Assembly (NCBI GenBank): GCA_905178155.1 | Contig: CAJINV010000013.1 | Span: forward strand, 672,344-736,343 | Reading direction: 5' to 3' | DNA length: 64,000 nt | Origin: Amoebophrya sp. A120 | Lineage: Eukaryota > Protista > Dinoflagellata | Part shown: positions 44,703-55,578 of the stretch, in pieces | Layout: every line of letters starts with the position of its first letter | Position numbering within the stretch: the first letter of the stretch is position 1 | Notes under the pieces: model-generated | Database searches by the model: none | What the model saw: the letters and a program-made list of their open reading frames with translations, nothing else | Told to the model about the DNA's origin: nothing | Position numbers and translations under genes: made by a program

Positions 44703-47700
44703 ATGGATACTTCGTCCATGAAGATGATGCAGAGTACCACAAACACAACCGAAAAGAACATGAACAGCAACTACGAGCTGGGCGATCTACGGCAGGGCGC
44801 TCGGATTCCTAGAATGATGCGTCCGATCACCAATTCGAGCACCCGAGAGACAAACCACGATCGCAACCGTTCCCGGTCCCAGGCGCGAACCAGATTCCTG
44901 CGCGACGATGTCCTTTCAGCAGAAGACTTGACGGGGTACCATGACCGGTCCCACGACCGCGACCAAACGATGAAGCCACGACACCTGCGCATCGATCCCG
45001 ACCACCGGGGCCACTACAGCGCGCAGATTCAGATTCCCATTTTCGAAGACAACAGCTTTCTCCCCCAGCCGGACGATTTAGACGATTTTTTGCAAAACTA
45101 CGGCAGTCTTCAAGAACCGAGCAAGAGCAGCTACAATGCTTCGGAAGATGTTCTTGAGAAGGAAGACTCCGAGAGTGTCAGTATCACGGAACGGTCGCCC
45201 CCACCACGGCCGACCCCCATGTCAAAAACCGTCAACATTGACATTGAGATCGAGGGGGACGAGAATGGCCGGCGCGGCGGGGTGCTGATCAGAAGCGGGC
45301 AACGGTTCGAAATCGTGGATCCGTCATCCATTTCCAACAAAGCTGCTTCCATGTCACCGTCACCGAGTGGTCCAGCAAGCGTGAGGAGCCCTCCTGCTCG
45401 TGGCCTTCCAGAGCCTGCTATGCCAATGCGCATTCCGGAGGACTTTTCGTCTTCGAACAGCGGAAGTAAATCGACGAACAGGATAGAAAGCGTTAGCCCT
45501 AGCTCTACTTCCCCATACTCCGTCGCACGCAGCCGACGAGCAGGTGGGAATATTCAAGTGCGGACGGATAGTGCCGCAGGAGCTGCTCACTTCGAAGTCG
45601 AGCCAATTTTTACAAATGCAGACCCGTCTCCTGCTACGACGCTTGGTGACGTCGGGATTCCAGAAGGGGAAAGAGGGCAAGATAGCTTCTTCTGGCGACC
45701 AACAGCAACAGGAGTGGATCTTCCTGCAGACCAATATCCTACTGGTCCCGACGAAGCTGCAGCCACGAGTCATGTTGATCGCGAAAGTTTCTTTTGGCGC
45801 CCAACGGCACCGGAGGACGCCGAACAAATAGACGCCGACCCAGCAAGGGCTAGCTTTTTCTGGCGGCCGACGTCAGCTTTGGGAGAGGCCGAGAAGGGCC
45901 TGGGTCGAAATACAACTGGTGAAAATAAAATCCACGTCGAGCACAGAAGGCACAGCCATCATGATCATGAACAGCACAGGCATAGCCATCATCATCACGA
46001 GGGCCTACAACTTGGTCGTGTGGATGATGATCACAACCCGCACGGGGGTCACGCTCACCATCACGACAGAAATTCCAAGACCAGCACCAGCCGCTCCTCG
46101 AGCAAGAGTAAGAACATCCCGGCCTACTCCGAGTACTCCTTCACTTCTTCTAGTTTTGGCCCGGCTTCACTTTCCAACTCACCCGCTGTTTTGGCACGAT
46201 CCGGGCGGGAACTTGTGACGAACATGTTACAACAACAGCCGGAAGGCGAATCATTACACGGTCACAACCTGAAGGAACTTGAAATTGATAGCGGAAGAGA
46301 AACAACTGTAGTTAAAACCGCTGCTCCTGGTCCTCAGTTGCACCTTCATCAAAATCACCTTCTGCACTACTCCCAGCAATCCCAGATCGTGCTCTTTGAC
46401 CAGAGCGAGCGCGCTTCCACCGGTGCGTTAAGCATCCGGCCCTCGGCCAGAAACAACCACGATGATCAGGTCGGAAACAATATTAATTCTAGTCCGCATT
46501 CTCCCGCCTCGCAGAGCCACCAGTCCGTGCACGTTCAGTCTGGGGATAATGTGACGGTCTCCATACCCAACCCCACGACCGCAAGTGAGGTTGCGGACGA
46601 TAACGTGGGTCTGATGAAAAACAGTAGCGATGAGGCTCCAGCGATTCCGGACGAATACGACGGACTGCAAAATACGGAGACGAGCAAACAAACCACGTTG
46701 ATCGAAAGGGTAGAGGCCAACGTAGATGATTTGGTGCGCAATATCGACGGCATCATCGATAGTACAGGACAAGGACAACAAGAAGATCCTACACGTCGGG
46801 TCGAAGTAGATGGTGCAACGCAGGAGAGTAGAAGTGATTCCGTTCCTACAACCAGAATGAGTCCAGCACCAAATAACGGCCGGCCTCTAATCGAAGGTGG
46901 CAAGAAGCCGAGCAAGAAACTCAGCCGCGCGGAGGGCGAGAACTTGAAATTTGGCGTCGGCAGTAGTAGAGTAGCGGGCACTTCTTCACCATCAGTCCGC
47001 GACGGTGCTTTGTACGACGGAATCATAGACGAAGACGAAGAAAACGCGAGTTTTCCCTTCGAGTTTGCACCCAAGGGTTTCAAGCTCTACCCACACGGGC
47101 CGCAGATGCAGCGGCCCCCGCACCATGGCATCGGCCCGGTGCAGCATCATCTTCACAGCTACAACAGCAGCGACTCGCAGGATCAAGGTGCCCCTCTCGT
47201 GGTACCCGAGCATAGGAACAGCGCTGCGCTCGCGGCGCGCGGGGACAGAGTGGGGTTCCGTGAGTCGGCGGGCGAGTCAGTGGTCGACGCCCCGGATGAG
47301 ATCTACATGAGCGGCAGGTTTTTGAGTCAGCAGGTGCCGCACCCGGGCGGCGCTAACGTCAATTTTCCTTCCCGAATGGACGAGGAGGGGAACATAAACG
47401 GGAACATCAAGAACACACCGCCACGGCCGGGAACATCAATCAACCACCAACACCATCACCACAACCAGTATCAACGATCCAGTACCATCGCGCCTCCGGA
47501 CTACCAGGCACGGCAAACCCGGTCAAGCAGCACCGGGATCGGATCGAAGGTCAAGAAAAACAAACACGGCGTGCACCACCCTGAGGGCGAAGCAATGATT
47601 CCGCACGGCATCACCTCCGTGTACGAAGCCGACGGCGATGAAGGTGACAGCGTGATCTTGGACGAGGATTTTGACCTAGCCTACGCAGACATGGATGTGA

Positions 47701-50700
47701 CCATCCGGGCCAGTGGTGGCTCCGCATCGTTCGCCCGAATCAACACCCGCGGGCCGTTTGGCAGCGTGGTGGCAAGAACCTCAAGCTCGAGTGCAACTTC
47801 TTCCAAGAGGAAAGCTACACCAGGTACTACTTCTGGTGCAACTACAACTGCATCAAGAAGCAAAGAACGGAACAGCAGGAAGACTATCAAGGAGCAGCAG
47901 CGAATGTCTGCTGAAGCGCGTTCGAGAAGCAAAAGCCAAAATTTATTTTCGCGGAATAGCACTAACGCCAGAGCAGGAATAAACACTGCGAAACTCCTCG
48001 TAGCGGAAGGGGGAAAGGTGCAGAGCGGCAAGCTGGTGCCCGGGCGAGAGGAGCGGTTTTCGGATTTTTTGGAGGAATATGGCTACAACGCGAAGAAGCA
48101 CCAAAGAGAAAGGTCGCAGTCGAGAGCGAAGAGAACTTCTGATCTGCTTTTGGACGAAGATCAACAAGAACAGTCGAGCACACAACAAGAGCAAATCCAT
48201 TACATATTCCCGCCGCCGGAGGAGGTGATGCGCCCTCTGCAGTTGGTCAAAGAACTTTACGACGTGAACCACGGACATACAAATCGGAAGTCCGCGGCGA
48301 ACAGCAATTTTCTTGCCGGGAACGGTAGTCCCAGCAACAGCTATGGACGCGCGGCGGGAACATCAAGCAGTGGCCAGTTTGGAGCGATCTCGATGTCGCC
48401 CCCCAGGAAGCTACTGCGAAACATGAGTACTTTGGGCGCGGGGCGTGGGCAGCTAATAGGAACTACGGGTGGAGGGGGGCTGTTTGGGAATCCCTTTGGC
48501 GGAGGAGCCAGTTACGGCTCCCTGCGACCGGCTTCGCGATACAGCTTCGGTGGTGGAGGCGAAACTTCTGCTCCGTCCCGGCAGGGTGGAGAGCGCGAGG
48601 GCGGCCAGCACTCTGCTGTTGATCAAGTCCAACCAGCCACGACCGAGCAACCATTCGAGCCGTGCAGCTGCCTCCCATCGCTTATCGGGCATTTTTCCGG
48701 CGGCCGAGCGAGCAGTTCGCCACCGGCAGGCAGCAGCAAAGGGAACAACCATGGCGGGCGTGAGGGTGCACAGCATCAGGAGGGGTGGGAGTCTGAGTCT
48801 GCAGCCGCACGACCTGGTCAGAGCCACGTGGTCGATCTCGACGCGGCAGCGGGCACGACTAGTGCTGCGACAACAGTAAATCTCGGTCCGTCTTCCACCG
48901 AGCTGAAGATAAACCTGTGTCTCGTACAACCCGGAGGTTCATCTTCCTCTGGTGCGGCACCTCTAGACAGACCGAACATGGCTGCAGTTGTACCTGTCGC
49001 TGACCGCGCTGTCGCCAGTGTGGTTTCCCCCTTCGGCCCGAGCAACTACAACAAGCCTCCCGTTGCGTTCCGGCGGTCGCAGACGACGGTGATCGCGGTT
49101 GCGGAGCCGAGTGTATCAGAAGGCGGGCTTCTGGGCACGCCGACCTTCTCGCCCCCACCCGCTAGCAGTCCGCCGCTGCCGCGGCGAGCGTCGGCGCCCC
49201 CGCACGCCGGCGGTCACGACGTGCACCTGCCGACCTCGTTCATGAAACCGAAGAGCCCGCCGGCGGAAAAGCGGGTCCGTCTGTACATTTCCAGAAAAGA
49301 GCTCGCCGAGCGCGAGAGGGCCATGCACCGCGCGCAGGCGGAGGAACACGCTGCTGCGGAAGCGAAGAAAAAGGAAGAGGAGGAAAAGGCAAAAACAGCA
49401 ACAAGTCCAGGAGCGACAGCAGTAATATTCTCTACAACTACAACTATGGCCGCAGCACCTCCAGCGCCGGCGGTCGTAGTTAACGAAGCCCCTGCTTCTT
49501 CAACATCGGCGGAAGGAGAGAAAAAGGAGGAGCAGCGCGAGGCGAAAGAGGTCGCGGATATCTCGTCGCGCGTGTCGTCACTGGTCGGCTTTGATTCGAT
49601 CGTGAAAAAAGCCAGGGCGTCCTTGCTGGGAACGAAAACGACTGTCGTGAAGGCCGCCAGTACCGCTGTTGTGTCCGCCGGCACGGTGCTGGGTGGGGCA
49701 ACGGACGCTGTTGAGAAGAAGGAAGTGGCGAAGGAAAAGGCAGAAGAGCAAGCTGCTGCCGCGGTTGATGAAGTAGTTGTCGAGGGGGAGAGCAGTGTTG
49801 AAGCACCACAAATTCAAGCCACTGTTTCTCCACAAGAGGTCACTAGGACGCTGAGCAACGCTGTATCCGGACAGATCGAGGAAGAACTGCAGACCGCCGG
49901 TGTTACTGTTACAACAAACAAAGACAGCACCACGCCACGCGTTATTCAACCAGAGCCATCATCAATGCAGCAGCAGGAACTACATCAGTCTCAGCGCCAG
50001 GCTGAGCCTGAATATTCTCAGCAGGCGGCACCAGTGCCTCCGCCTGTGAAAGTGAAAAGTGCCGCGGCAAAGTCGAAAATGATGGGGTCTACTATGCAGC
50101 GGTCCCGCACACTTAACTTGGCTGACAGTGAGAAGCCCATGCCCATGCCGCGGACGAGGTCGAAGACCATGGAAATAACTCCAAGGAGCAAGTTCCAGGA
50201 TTCTGGTGTCACAACCGCGACACCCGTACCGATACCAATGTCGGCAAAACAAACATCGAAGGCAGCAGCTGTTGCAGTTGTGCAACCTGGTGAACCTCCT
50301 GCTCCCGCAGCAGCTAAACCACCCGTTACCTCCAGCGGTCCTAGTCTCGCTGGTGCAGCCCCTCCTGCGCCTATCCCGATTCGAATGTCTGCCAGCGAAA
50401 ACCGGGAGCCACCTGCGGTGAGACCCGTGATCAGCACTGCGAACAAAACTTCCAACGAACAGCAGCCAACGACGATCGACTCCCCCTCTTCCATCGCGAC
50501 GACCGAGGCCACTACGGCTAACACCTCCACTCTCGGCAATCTCAGCAGCACCGCAAGCGCGGGCACGAGCAGTGCGGCCACTTTGGTCACCTCCAGCAGC
50601 AGTTCCCAGAACTGGTCAAAGTTCTCGCGGCAAAGCACCCGACAGCTGGAAGTGAAAGCGAACGCGTTTTCGTTCTCTCCGCAGCTACAGCCGGAGAGCA

Positions 50701-53153
50701 TTGTGCTGGAACGACCTGCTCCTGCTGGAAAGAAGATGGACCCAGGTGGTGCAACAAGAACCCTCGCAGATCCGACGAGCACGCCCGAGGCAGTGGTAGA
50801 CATGAGTGGGAGGAGCAGTGCGAGTCCGGGAGTGAACGAGCAGATGCAGATGGCGACGGAGAAAATAACAAGTTCAGTTCTGGACTTGCTCGAAAACACC
50901 GCTGCCAGCGCAGAAACCGAAAAAACAGTAAACGGAAATCAAGTCCTCGTGCTGGACAGCCAAGCAGATGAACATAACCGAAGAAACTCGGAGGGCACTG
51001 CAGTTGGTCTGCTTGAAGAGGGAAAGCACGAACAGATCGCAACGTTCGGATTGCTGTCTTCGTCCAGCAACGGCCTGATGTTGTCCAGTAGCGTGGATAT
51101 GCACTATGCAAACGTCGATAACGGAAAGAGCGACTCCCCACCGGGTTCTTCCTCCCTAGACTCGTTGTCGTCGAAGAACAGCAACGAGTTACAAGTGCAT
51201 ACTGTTACATCTCCGATTGTTCCGGAGGCGGTGCCTGTCGCAGTTTTTTCCGCAAACAAGAAAGAGCTTGTTGCTGGCAGCAGAGATGAAGAAAACGCAG
51301 CAGCAGGAGGTCGAGCAACCTCAGTGGTGCTTCAAGGTGGAGATGCTTTGCCAGAGTCAGAACTTATACGGAAGGTGACGCAGTTGGCACTGGATGCGGA
51401 GGAGGAGCTTTCCAGCACAGTGAAAGTGTCCGATGAATTCAAAGTCTTGAACTCGGTAGTACCGACATTGAGGCTGTCAGAGCTAGAGACGGAAATTGTG
51501 GATGCTGATGCTGTGCCGGAGGCTGCAGGAGCAAATGAACCTCAGATGGACGATCTTGTTCCTTCTGCAGTAAAGCCTTCCGCCGGCATCACTTCAGCAG
51601 ACGAACCGCAGGTGGCATCCGTGTCTTCGCCGCTAGTTTTCACGAATAAGGCTGCTTCTTCAACGCCTACCCAACATGAAGGACCCGCTGCTATTTCTGT
51701 GAATAAAGCTGCAAATACATCAAAAGCAAAACCAAACGCGAGAAGCCCTCGACAGATGCCCGTCCTTGCGGAACCGAAGAAGACCACGAGTCCCCTCAAC
51801 GACGCGCGCGCGCCACCCTCTACGCTGACCTCGAAGGCTACAGTGCTGAGTAAGACGAGTACTGTTGCTACGAGTAACGGGAATAAGGCAAGCAGTAGAA
51901 CATCAGCTCCTCTTGCGGTGGCTGTCAAGCGCGCTGCGGTGGCTGCGACAGGTTTTGCGAAAGCGAGAACGACCAACGGCGTTTCCTCCAGTGCAGCTGC
52001 AGTTGGTCCAATAGCAATAAACACAAAAACAAACAAAAATGAAAATCCTGTAGTTCATGCCAATGCGACTGCGACAACCGGTACGACCGGCACGCCGCGA
52101 AACGCTAAGGACGGAAACACGCCCACCCTAGTGATGACCCCGAGAACCGATAAAAGCAAGAAAACTGCAGTCACGGCTAGTACAAGCAGCACGTCAAGTA
52201 GACCTCTATCATCAATAAATGGTGCGAACAATAAAGCTGGTGGCGCTCCTTCCTCAAAACCTGTCGTGCAGCGTGCAACTCCAAGATCGGGCGGCTCCGT
52301 TGCGCCAAAACCAAAGACCCCGTCAGGTTTAGGTAGACCACCACCGCCAGCTCAGCCCTCGAAAGCACTGGACGCCATATCAAAGCCACGGCTCTCGCCA
52401 GCAAATGGTAAGGCCAAGGTTCTCGTGAAGACGAAGACCCTCGCGAAGACCGTGCAGGCGATCAAAACAGTGAGCAGTGCTGGCAACATGGCACCGTCAA
52501 GAGGAAAGGCGGCCGGAGTCGAAAAAAGTAAAGTCCTCACGACAACTCCAGTCACAGAGGCAGCGACCCCGCCGCAGTGGATTCGCGGCGGTGGTGGGAG
52601 GAATGCGAATGGTGTCTCTGATGAAAGAGAGAAAGCCTCTGTTGCCAGAGGTAAGGAACAGGAAGCGGAGGGCGAGGCCGCAACAGCGCCAGCGGCGCAT
52701 GCTGACGCTGCGGGAGAGGAGGTGATCGATGTTAATAGGGCTGTAGAAATTAGTAGTGCAGCCGGCGCGGTCGGAGTAGAACACCAGCTTCAGCAGCAGC
52801 AGGCTATTCTCGAAGGCGAGCATCATCTACACGATCAGCGGACGGATACGGAACATGTAGGTGGGGCTGTAAACCAGCAGCACCACCGCTCGGACGACGA
52901 AATCCCATCGCTGTTCAGCAACACGACGACTCCAGCAACTGCGAAGTCGTCCTCTGGTGCACTTGTGATGCAGCAACAGCAGGCGACGCATTCACATGCT
53001 ACTTTGAGCAGCTTGATGCTGTGGGCACTGGATCAAGGCCGGAATGGCGACAACTCAATCTCTAGTGTAACGGGACAAGAGGTTTTGCCGAGTGCGGCTG
53101 CGCAATCGGCGAGAAGAACATCGTGGCGCGAACGCGCGGCGGAGGAACTGTAA
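44703..53153 (+). CDS. Giant intronless low-complexity/disordered protein, 2816 aa
   Basis: 8.45-kb stop-free ORF, Ser/Ala/Thr/Pro-rich, with His-rich patches and a short coiled-coil-like stretch; no domain recognised. Confidence 0.8.
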   Translation: MDTSSMKMMQSTTNTTEKNMNSNYELGDLRQGARIPRMMRPITNSSTRETNHDRNRSRSQARTRFLRDDVLSAEDLTGYHDRSHDRDQTMKPRHLRIDPDHRGHYSAQIQIPIFEDNSFLPQPDDLDDFLQNYGSLQEPSKSSYNASEDVLEKEDSESVSITERSPPPRPTPMSKTVNIDIEIEGDENGRRGGVLIRSGQRFEIVDPSSISNKAASMSPSPSGPASVRSPPARGLPEPAMPMRIPEDFSSSNSGSKSTNRIESVSPSSTSPYSVARSRRAGGNIQVRTDSAAGAAHFEVEPIFTNADPSPATTLGDVGIPEGERGQDSFFWRPTATGVDLPADQYPTGPDEAAATSHVDRESFFWRPTAPEDAEQIDADPARASFFWRPTSALGEAEKGLGRNTTGENKIHVEHRRHSHHDHEQHRHSHHHHEGLQLGRVDDDHNPHGGHAHHHDRNSKTSTSRSSSKSKNIPAYSEYSFTSSSFGPASLSNSPAVLARSGRELVTNMLQQQPEGESLHGHNLKELEIDSGRETTVVKTAAPGPQLHLHQNHLLHYSQQSQIVLFDQSERASTGALSIRPSARNNHDDQVGNNINSSPHSPASQSHQSVHVQSGDNVTVSIPNPTTASEVADDNVGLMKNSSDEAPAIPDEYDGLQNTETSKQTTLIERVEANVDDLVRNIDGIIDSTGQGQQEDPTRRVEVDGATQESRSDSVPTTRMSPAPNNGRPLIEGGKKPSKKLSRAEGENLKFGVGSSRVAGTSSPSVRDGALYDGIIDEDEENASFPFEFAPKGFKLYPHGPQMQRPPHHGIGPVQHHLHSYNSSDSQDQGAPLVVPEHRNSAALAARGDRVGFRESAGESVVDAPDEIYMSGRFLSQQVPHPGGANVNFPSRMDEEGNINGNIKNTPPRPGTSINHQHHHHNQYQRSSTIAPPDYQARQTRSSSTGIGSKVKKNKHGVHHPEGEAMIPHGITSVYEADGDEGDSVILDEDFDLAYADMDVTIRASGGSASFARINTRGPFGSVVARTSSSSATSSKRKATPGTTSGATTTASRSKERNSRKTIKEQQRMSAEARSRSKSQNLFSRNSTNARAGINTAKLLVAEGGKVQSGKLVPGREERFSDFLEEYGYNAKKHQRERSQSRAKRTSDLLLDEDQQEQSSTQQEQIHYIFPPPEEVMRPLQLVKELYDVNHGHTNRKSAANSNFLAGNGSPSNSYGRAAGTSSSGQFGAISMSPPRKLLRNMSTLGAGRGQLIGTTGGGGLFGNPFGGGASYGSLRPASRYSFGGGGETSAPSRQGGEREGGQHSAVDQVQPATTEQPFEPCSCLPSLIGHFSGGRASSSPPAGSSKGNNHGGREGAQHQEGWESESAAARPGQSHVVDLDAAAGTTSAATTVNLGPSSTELKINLCLVQPGGSSSSGAAPLDRPNMAAVVPVADRAVASVVSPFGPSNYNKPPVAFRRSQTTVIAVAEPSVSEGGLLGTPTFSPPPASSPPLPRRASAPPHAGGHDVHLPTSFMKPKSPPAEKRVRLYISRKELAERERAMHRAQAEEHAAAEAKKKEEEEKAKTATSPGATAVIFSTTTTMAAAPPAPAVVVNEAPASSTSAEGEKKEEQREAKEVADISSRVSSLVGFDSIVKKARASLLGTKTTVVKAASTAVVSAGTVLGGATDAVEKKEVAKEKAEEQAAAAVDEVVVEGESSVEAPQIQATVSPQEVTRTLSNAVSGQIEEELQTAGVTVTTNKDSTTPRVIQPEPSSMQQQELHQSQRQAEPEYSQQAAPVPPPVKVKSAAAKSKMMGSTMQRSRTLNLADSEKPMPMPRTRSKTMEITPRSKFQDSGVTTATPVPIPMSAKQTSKAAAVAVVQPGEPPAPAAAKPPVTSSGPSLAGAAPPAPIPIRMSASENREPPAVRPVISTANKTSNEQQPTTIDSPSSIATTEATTANTSTLGNLSSTASAGTSSAATLVTSSSSSQNWSKFSRQSTRQLEVKANAFSFSPQLQPESIVLERPAPAGKKMDPGGATRTLADPTSTPEAVVDMSGRSSASPGVNEQMQMATEKITSSVLDLLENTAASAETEKTVNGNQVLVLDSQADEHNRRNSEGTAVGLLEEGKHEQIATFGLLSSSSNGLMLSSSVDMHYANVDNGKSDSPPGSSSLDSLSSKNSNELQVHTVTSPIVPEAVPVAVFSANKKELVAGSRDEENAAAGGRATSVVLQGGDALPESELIRKVTQLALDAEEELSSTVKVSDEFKVLNSVVPTLRLSELETEIVDADAVPEAAGANEPQMDDLVPSAVKPSAGITSADEPQVASVSSPLVFTNKAASSTPTQHEGPAAISVNKAANTSKAKPNARSPRQMPVLAEPKKTTSPLNDARAPPSTLTSKATVLSKTSTVATSNGNKASSRTSAPLAVAVKRAAVAATGFAKARTTNGVSSSAAAVGPIAINTKTNKNENPVVHANATATTGTTGTPRNAKDGNTPTLVMTPRTDKSKKTAVTASTSSTSSRPLSSINGANNKAGGAPSSKPVVQRATPRSGGSVAPKPKTPSGLGRPPPPAQPSKALDAISKPRLSPANGKAKVLVKTKTLAKTVQAIKTVSSAGNMAPSRGKAAGVEKSKVLTTTPVTEAATPPQWIRGGGGRNANGVSDEREKASVARGKEQEAEGEAATAPAAHADAAGEEVIDVNRAVEISSAAGAVGVEHQLQQQQAILEGEHHLHDQRTDTEHVGGAVNQQHHRSDDEIPSLFSNTTTPATAKSSSGALVMQQQQATHSHATLSSLMLWALDQGRNGDNSISSVTGQEVLPSAAAQSARRTSWRERAAEEL

Positions 53154-53353
53154 GAAAATAGTCTTGATGACGTTAAAAAGTGACAATGTCTGTATGATTG
53201 AGATTGTTCGTGTTGTAGAAGTAGAACTCTTTATTCTTAGCCCTTTAGCTTCGTACTTTTACTTTTTCAAAAAGCAACGGGAGATTTGTTCCGGAAATAA
53301 AAGCAAATGCAAAACGAAAAACTTGCCGCATAACAAAAAAAAACAGGTCTGCG

Positions 53354-54571
53354 ATGAATTCCACAGCGGCCTACGGGAAGGCGAGCAGAAAGATACCAAA
53401 GCCCGATGGGGAGAACGCTCCGCTCTTTGGTATCGACGGGTATGAAGGTGACGACATTGTAGATGTCGGTACAGATGAACCCGAACAGATGCCAGTGCCC
53501 CGGGATGTTGACGATGACAGCGTCACCATGAACGGAACAATAGCTGCGCCGCAACCTGGGCCAATCAAGAAGCGAGTTACGAGTTTCACCAGCAGTAGCC
53601 AACCCCAACCACAGTCGGTAGCGTTGGTGTTGGAGGAGCAACTACAACCTCTGCAGCAAGCCAAAAATTCAATTTTTTGTGATCCGCAGGAGCGGTTTGC
53701 AGGGGAGTTGGAATCTGGAATGAACTCCGACTCGACCATTGCTTCCAATATGCTCAAGCTGCAGAAGAAGCTGACGCAAGCGAAGAGTGGCACAAATGGA
53801 GGGTTGGCGATAAAAAAAGTTGGAGGCAGCTCCTCTGCTACTTCCACACTACTTTCGTCATCCACTACTCCCTCAGGTGGAAAGACAGCTAAGCGAAACG
53901 GCAACCCGGGAAAAGTACGATCGGAATCAGATCGCAGTGCCACGAATGGAGATGCTGGCGCACACAGCAAGAAGCGAGAGAGGACAAAGATCAATTCGAC
54001 TTCAAACACATCATCTGTTCATCTAGCGTCTTCACACAGGAGCATGACAAATACCGACGGCATCATAGACGAGCTCGAGGAGGAGGATGACCCCCAGCAC
54101 ACCTTCGATATAGACGAAACGCACCCCCTCTATGCGCATCATTTTGACACCGTAGCGCCGTCTTCTTCTACCACCTCTACGACCACAATGATCGACGCAG
54201 CAGGAACATCAAATAAGGACGACATAAGCAGAGCTGCAGCAGCTGTAGGAGCTAGCGCTAGCTCGCAGAACGAGGACGGAGAGGCTTCTGTAGCTCCCAG
54301 CAAACAAGCTACCACCTCGCGCCGATCCCACGCAGGGATTTTTGGCGTGGTCCTGCACAGCCACAGCCTGGCAGAGGTCAAGAAAACGCCAATAATCAGC
54401 AGCCTGTCGCAGGGGCAGGGTGGAGAATCCTTAACAACTTCAACAACGACGCTATCCGCCTCCACGAAAACAGCGAGCACCCTGCTTTTCCACCGACAAG
54501 CGCAGGACAGCGCGGGTATGATGCGGGAGGTGGGAGGGGCGCCGGCTTCAATTGAAAAGCTACCGCAATAG
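53354..54571 (+). CDS. Hypothetical Ser/Thr-rich protein, 405 aa (or a further exon of the upstream gene)
   Basis: Long ORF with the same composition as 44703-53153, starting 200 bp downstream of it. Confidence 0.55.
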   Translation: MNSTAAYGKASRKIPKPDGENAPLFGIDGYEGDDIVDVGTDEPEQMPVPRDVDDDSVTMNGTIAAPQPGPIKKRVTSFTSSSQPQPQSVALVLEEQLQPLQQAKNSIFCDPQERFAGELESGMNSDSTIASNMLKLQKKLTQAKSGTNGGLAIKKVGGSSSATSTLLSSSTTPSGGKTAKRNGNPGKVRSESDRSATNGDAGAHSKKRERTKINSTSNTSSVHLASSHRSMTNTDGIIDELEEEDDPQHTFDIDETHPLYAHHFDTVAPSSSTTSTTTMIDAAGTSNKDDISRAAAAVGASASSQNEDGEASVAPSKQATTSRRSHAGIFGVVLHSHSLAEVKKTPIISSLSQGQGGESLTTSTTTLSASTKTASTLLFHRQAQDSAGMMREVGGAPASIEKLPQ

Positions 54572-55578
54572 CGATCGACGTTCTTTTAGTACCTAGATAG
54601 ATGTTACTGTGAGTTGCTCTCTTTTGTAGCATTAAGCTGGATTATTTTTGTTTGTACTTTCAGACGGCGGTCCCGTTGTAGTTGTGCGATCAATATCAAG
54701 ATAATAAATTTTTTCACCTACCCAAGTACGGACTTTCACGATGATCAAATAGACGTTTCTAACTGGTACACCAGTACGCACTTGCACAAGAAGAACGAAA
54801 ACAGTACAGACCTCTTCGCAGGAGCTGCAGCTGAAGCGATTGTGCAGAAGGCTGCCATGATCATGCTTTTGATTGGTGTTTTCCAAGATCAAGAAGTACT
54901 CGCCTTGGATCAACCGAGTGGGAAACTTGCACCGTCTCAGTTTGCTAGCACCCAGTGCCCGCGTGGATGCTTAGCGTCAGATCAAAGTAAATGAAGTTTA
55001 GCGTGAATGCCGCTATGGATGAGCATCTGTATCCGATCACCTCGAACATACAACTGCAGAAGTCAACTTCTAAGGATCAAACAGAAAAGATCAATTCCCG
55101 GTCCTCCTTCAAACGAAATGAGGTAGGAGAGAAACAGGTCAAGAACAAGGATCGAAGAAAAACCCTTGTTCATGTTCAGATCGAAGGAAGACGGATCAAT
55201 AAATATGGATCCCGTGGTGTGGTGTTGAGCAGCCCGCTAGCGTTGCTTAAGGAGGTCGCATGGAAGTCAAAAATTGACCTGCTGCAAAACACAGCATGAT
55301 GAAAAAAACATTTTCTCTGCTACATCAGGAGTTTCAGGCGCAAAAACAAAAAGTCTTTCTGCCACACCTCAGCATGGTGCAGCATTGATCCTGTATGTCT
55401 CGCTATTTCGCCACGACGATTATTATGGCCATGTGTTGTAGTTGCATCGACATTAATTTTGATACCTGCTCCTGCACTGGCGAGGACTTTTTCTTCTTCT
55501 AGACAAAGAAAACAAGCTCAGTTTCATTTCCGTCGCTCATATAATCGACTTCCCAAACCAAAAGCAGCAAAAAAAAAC

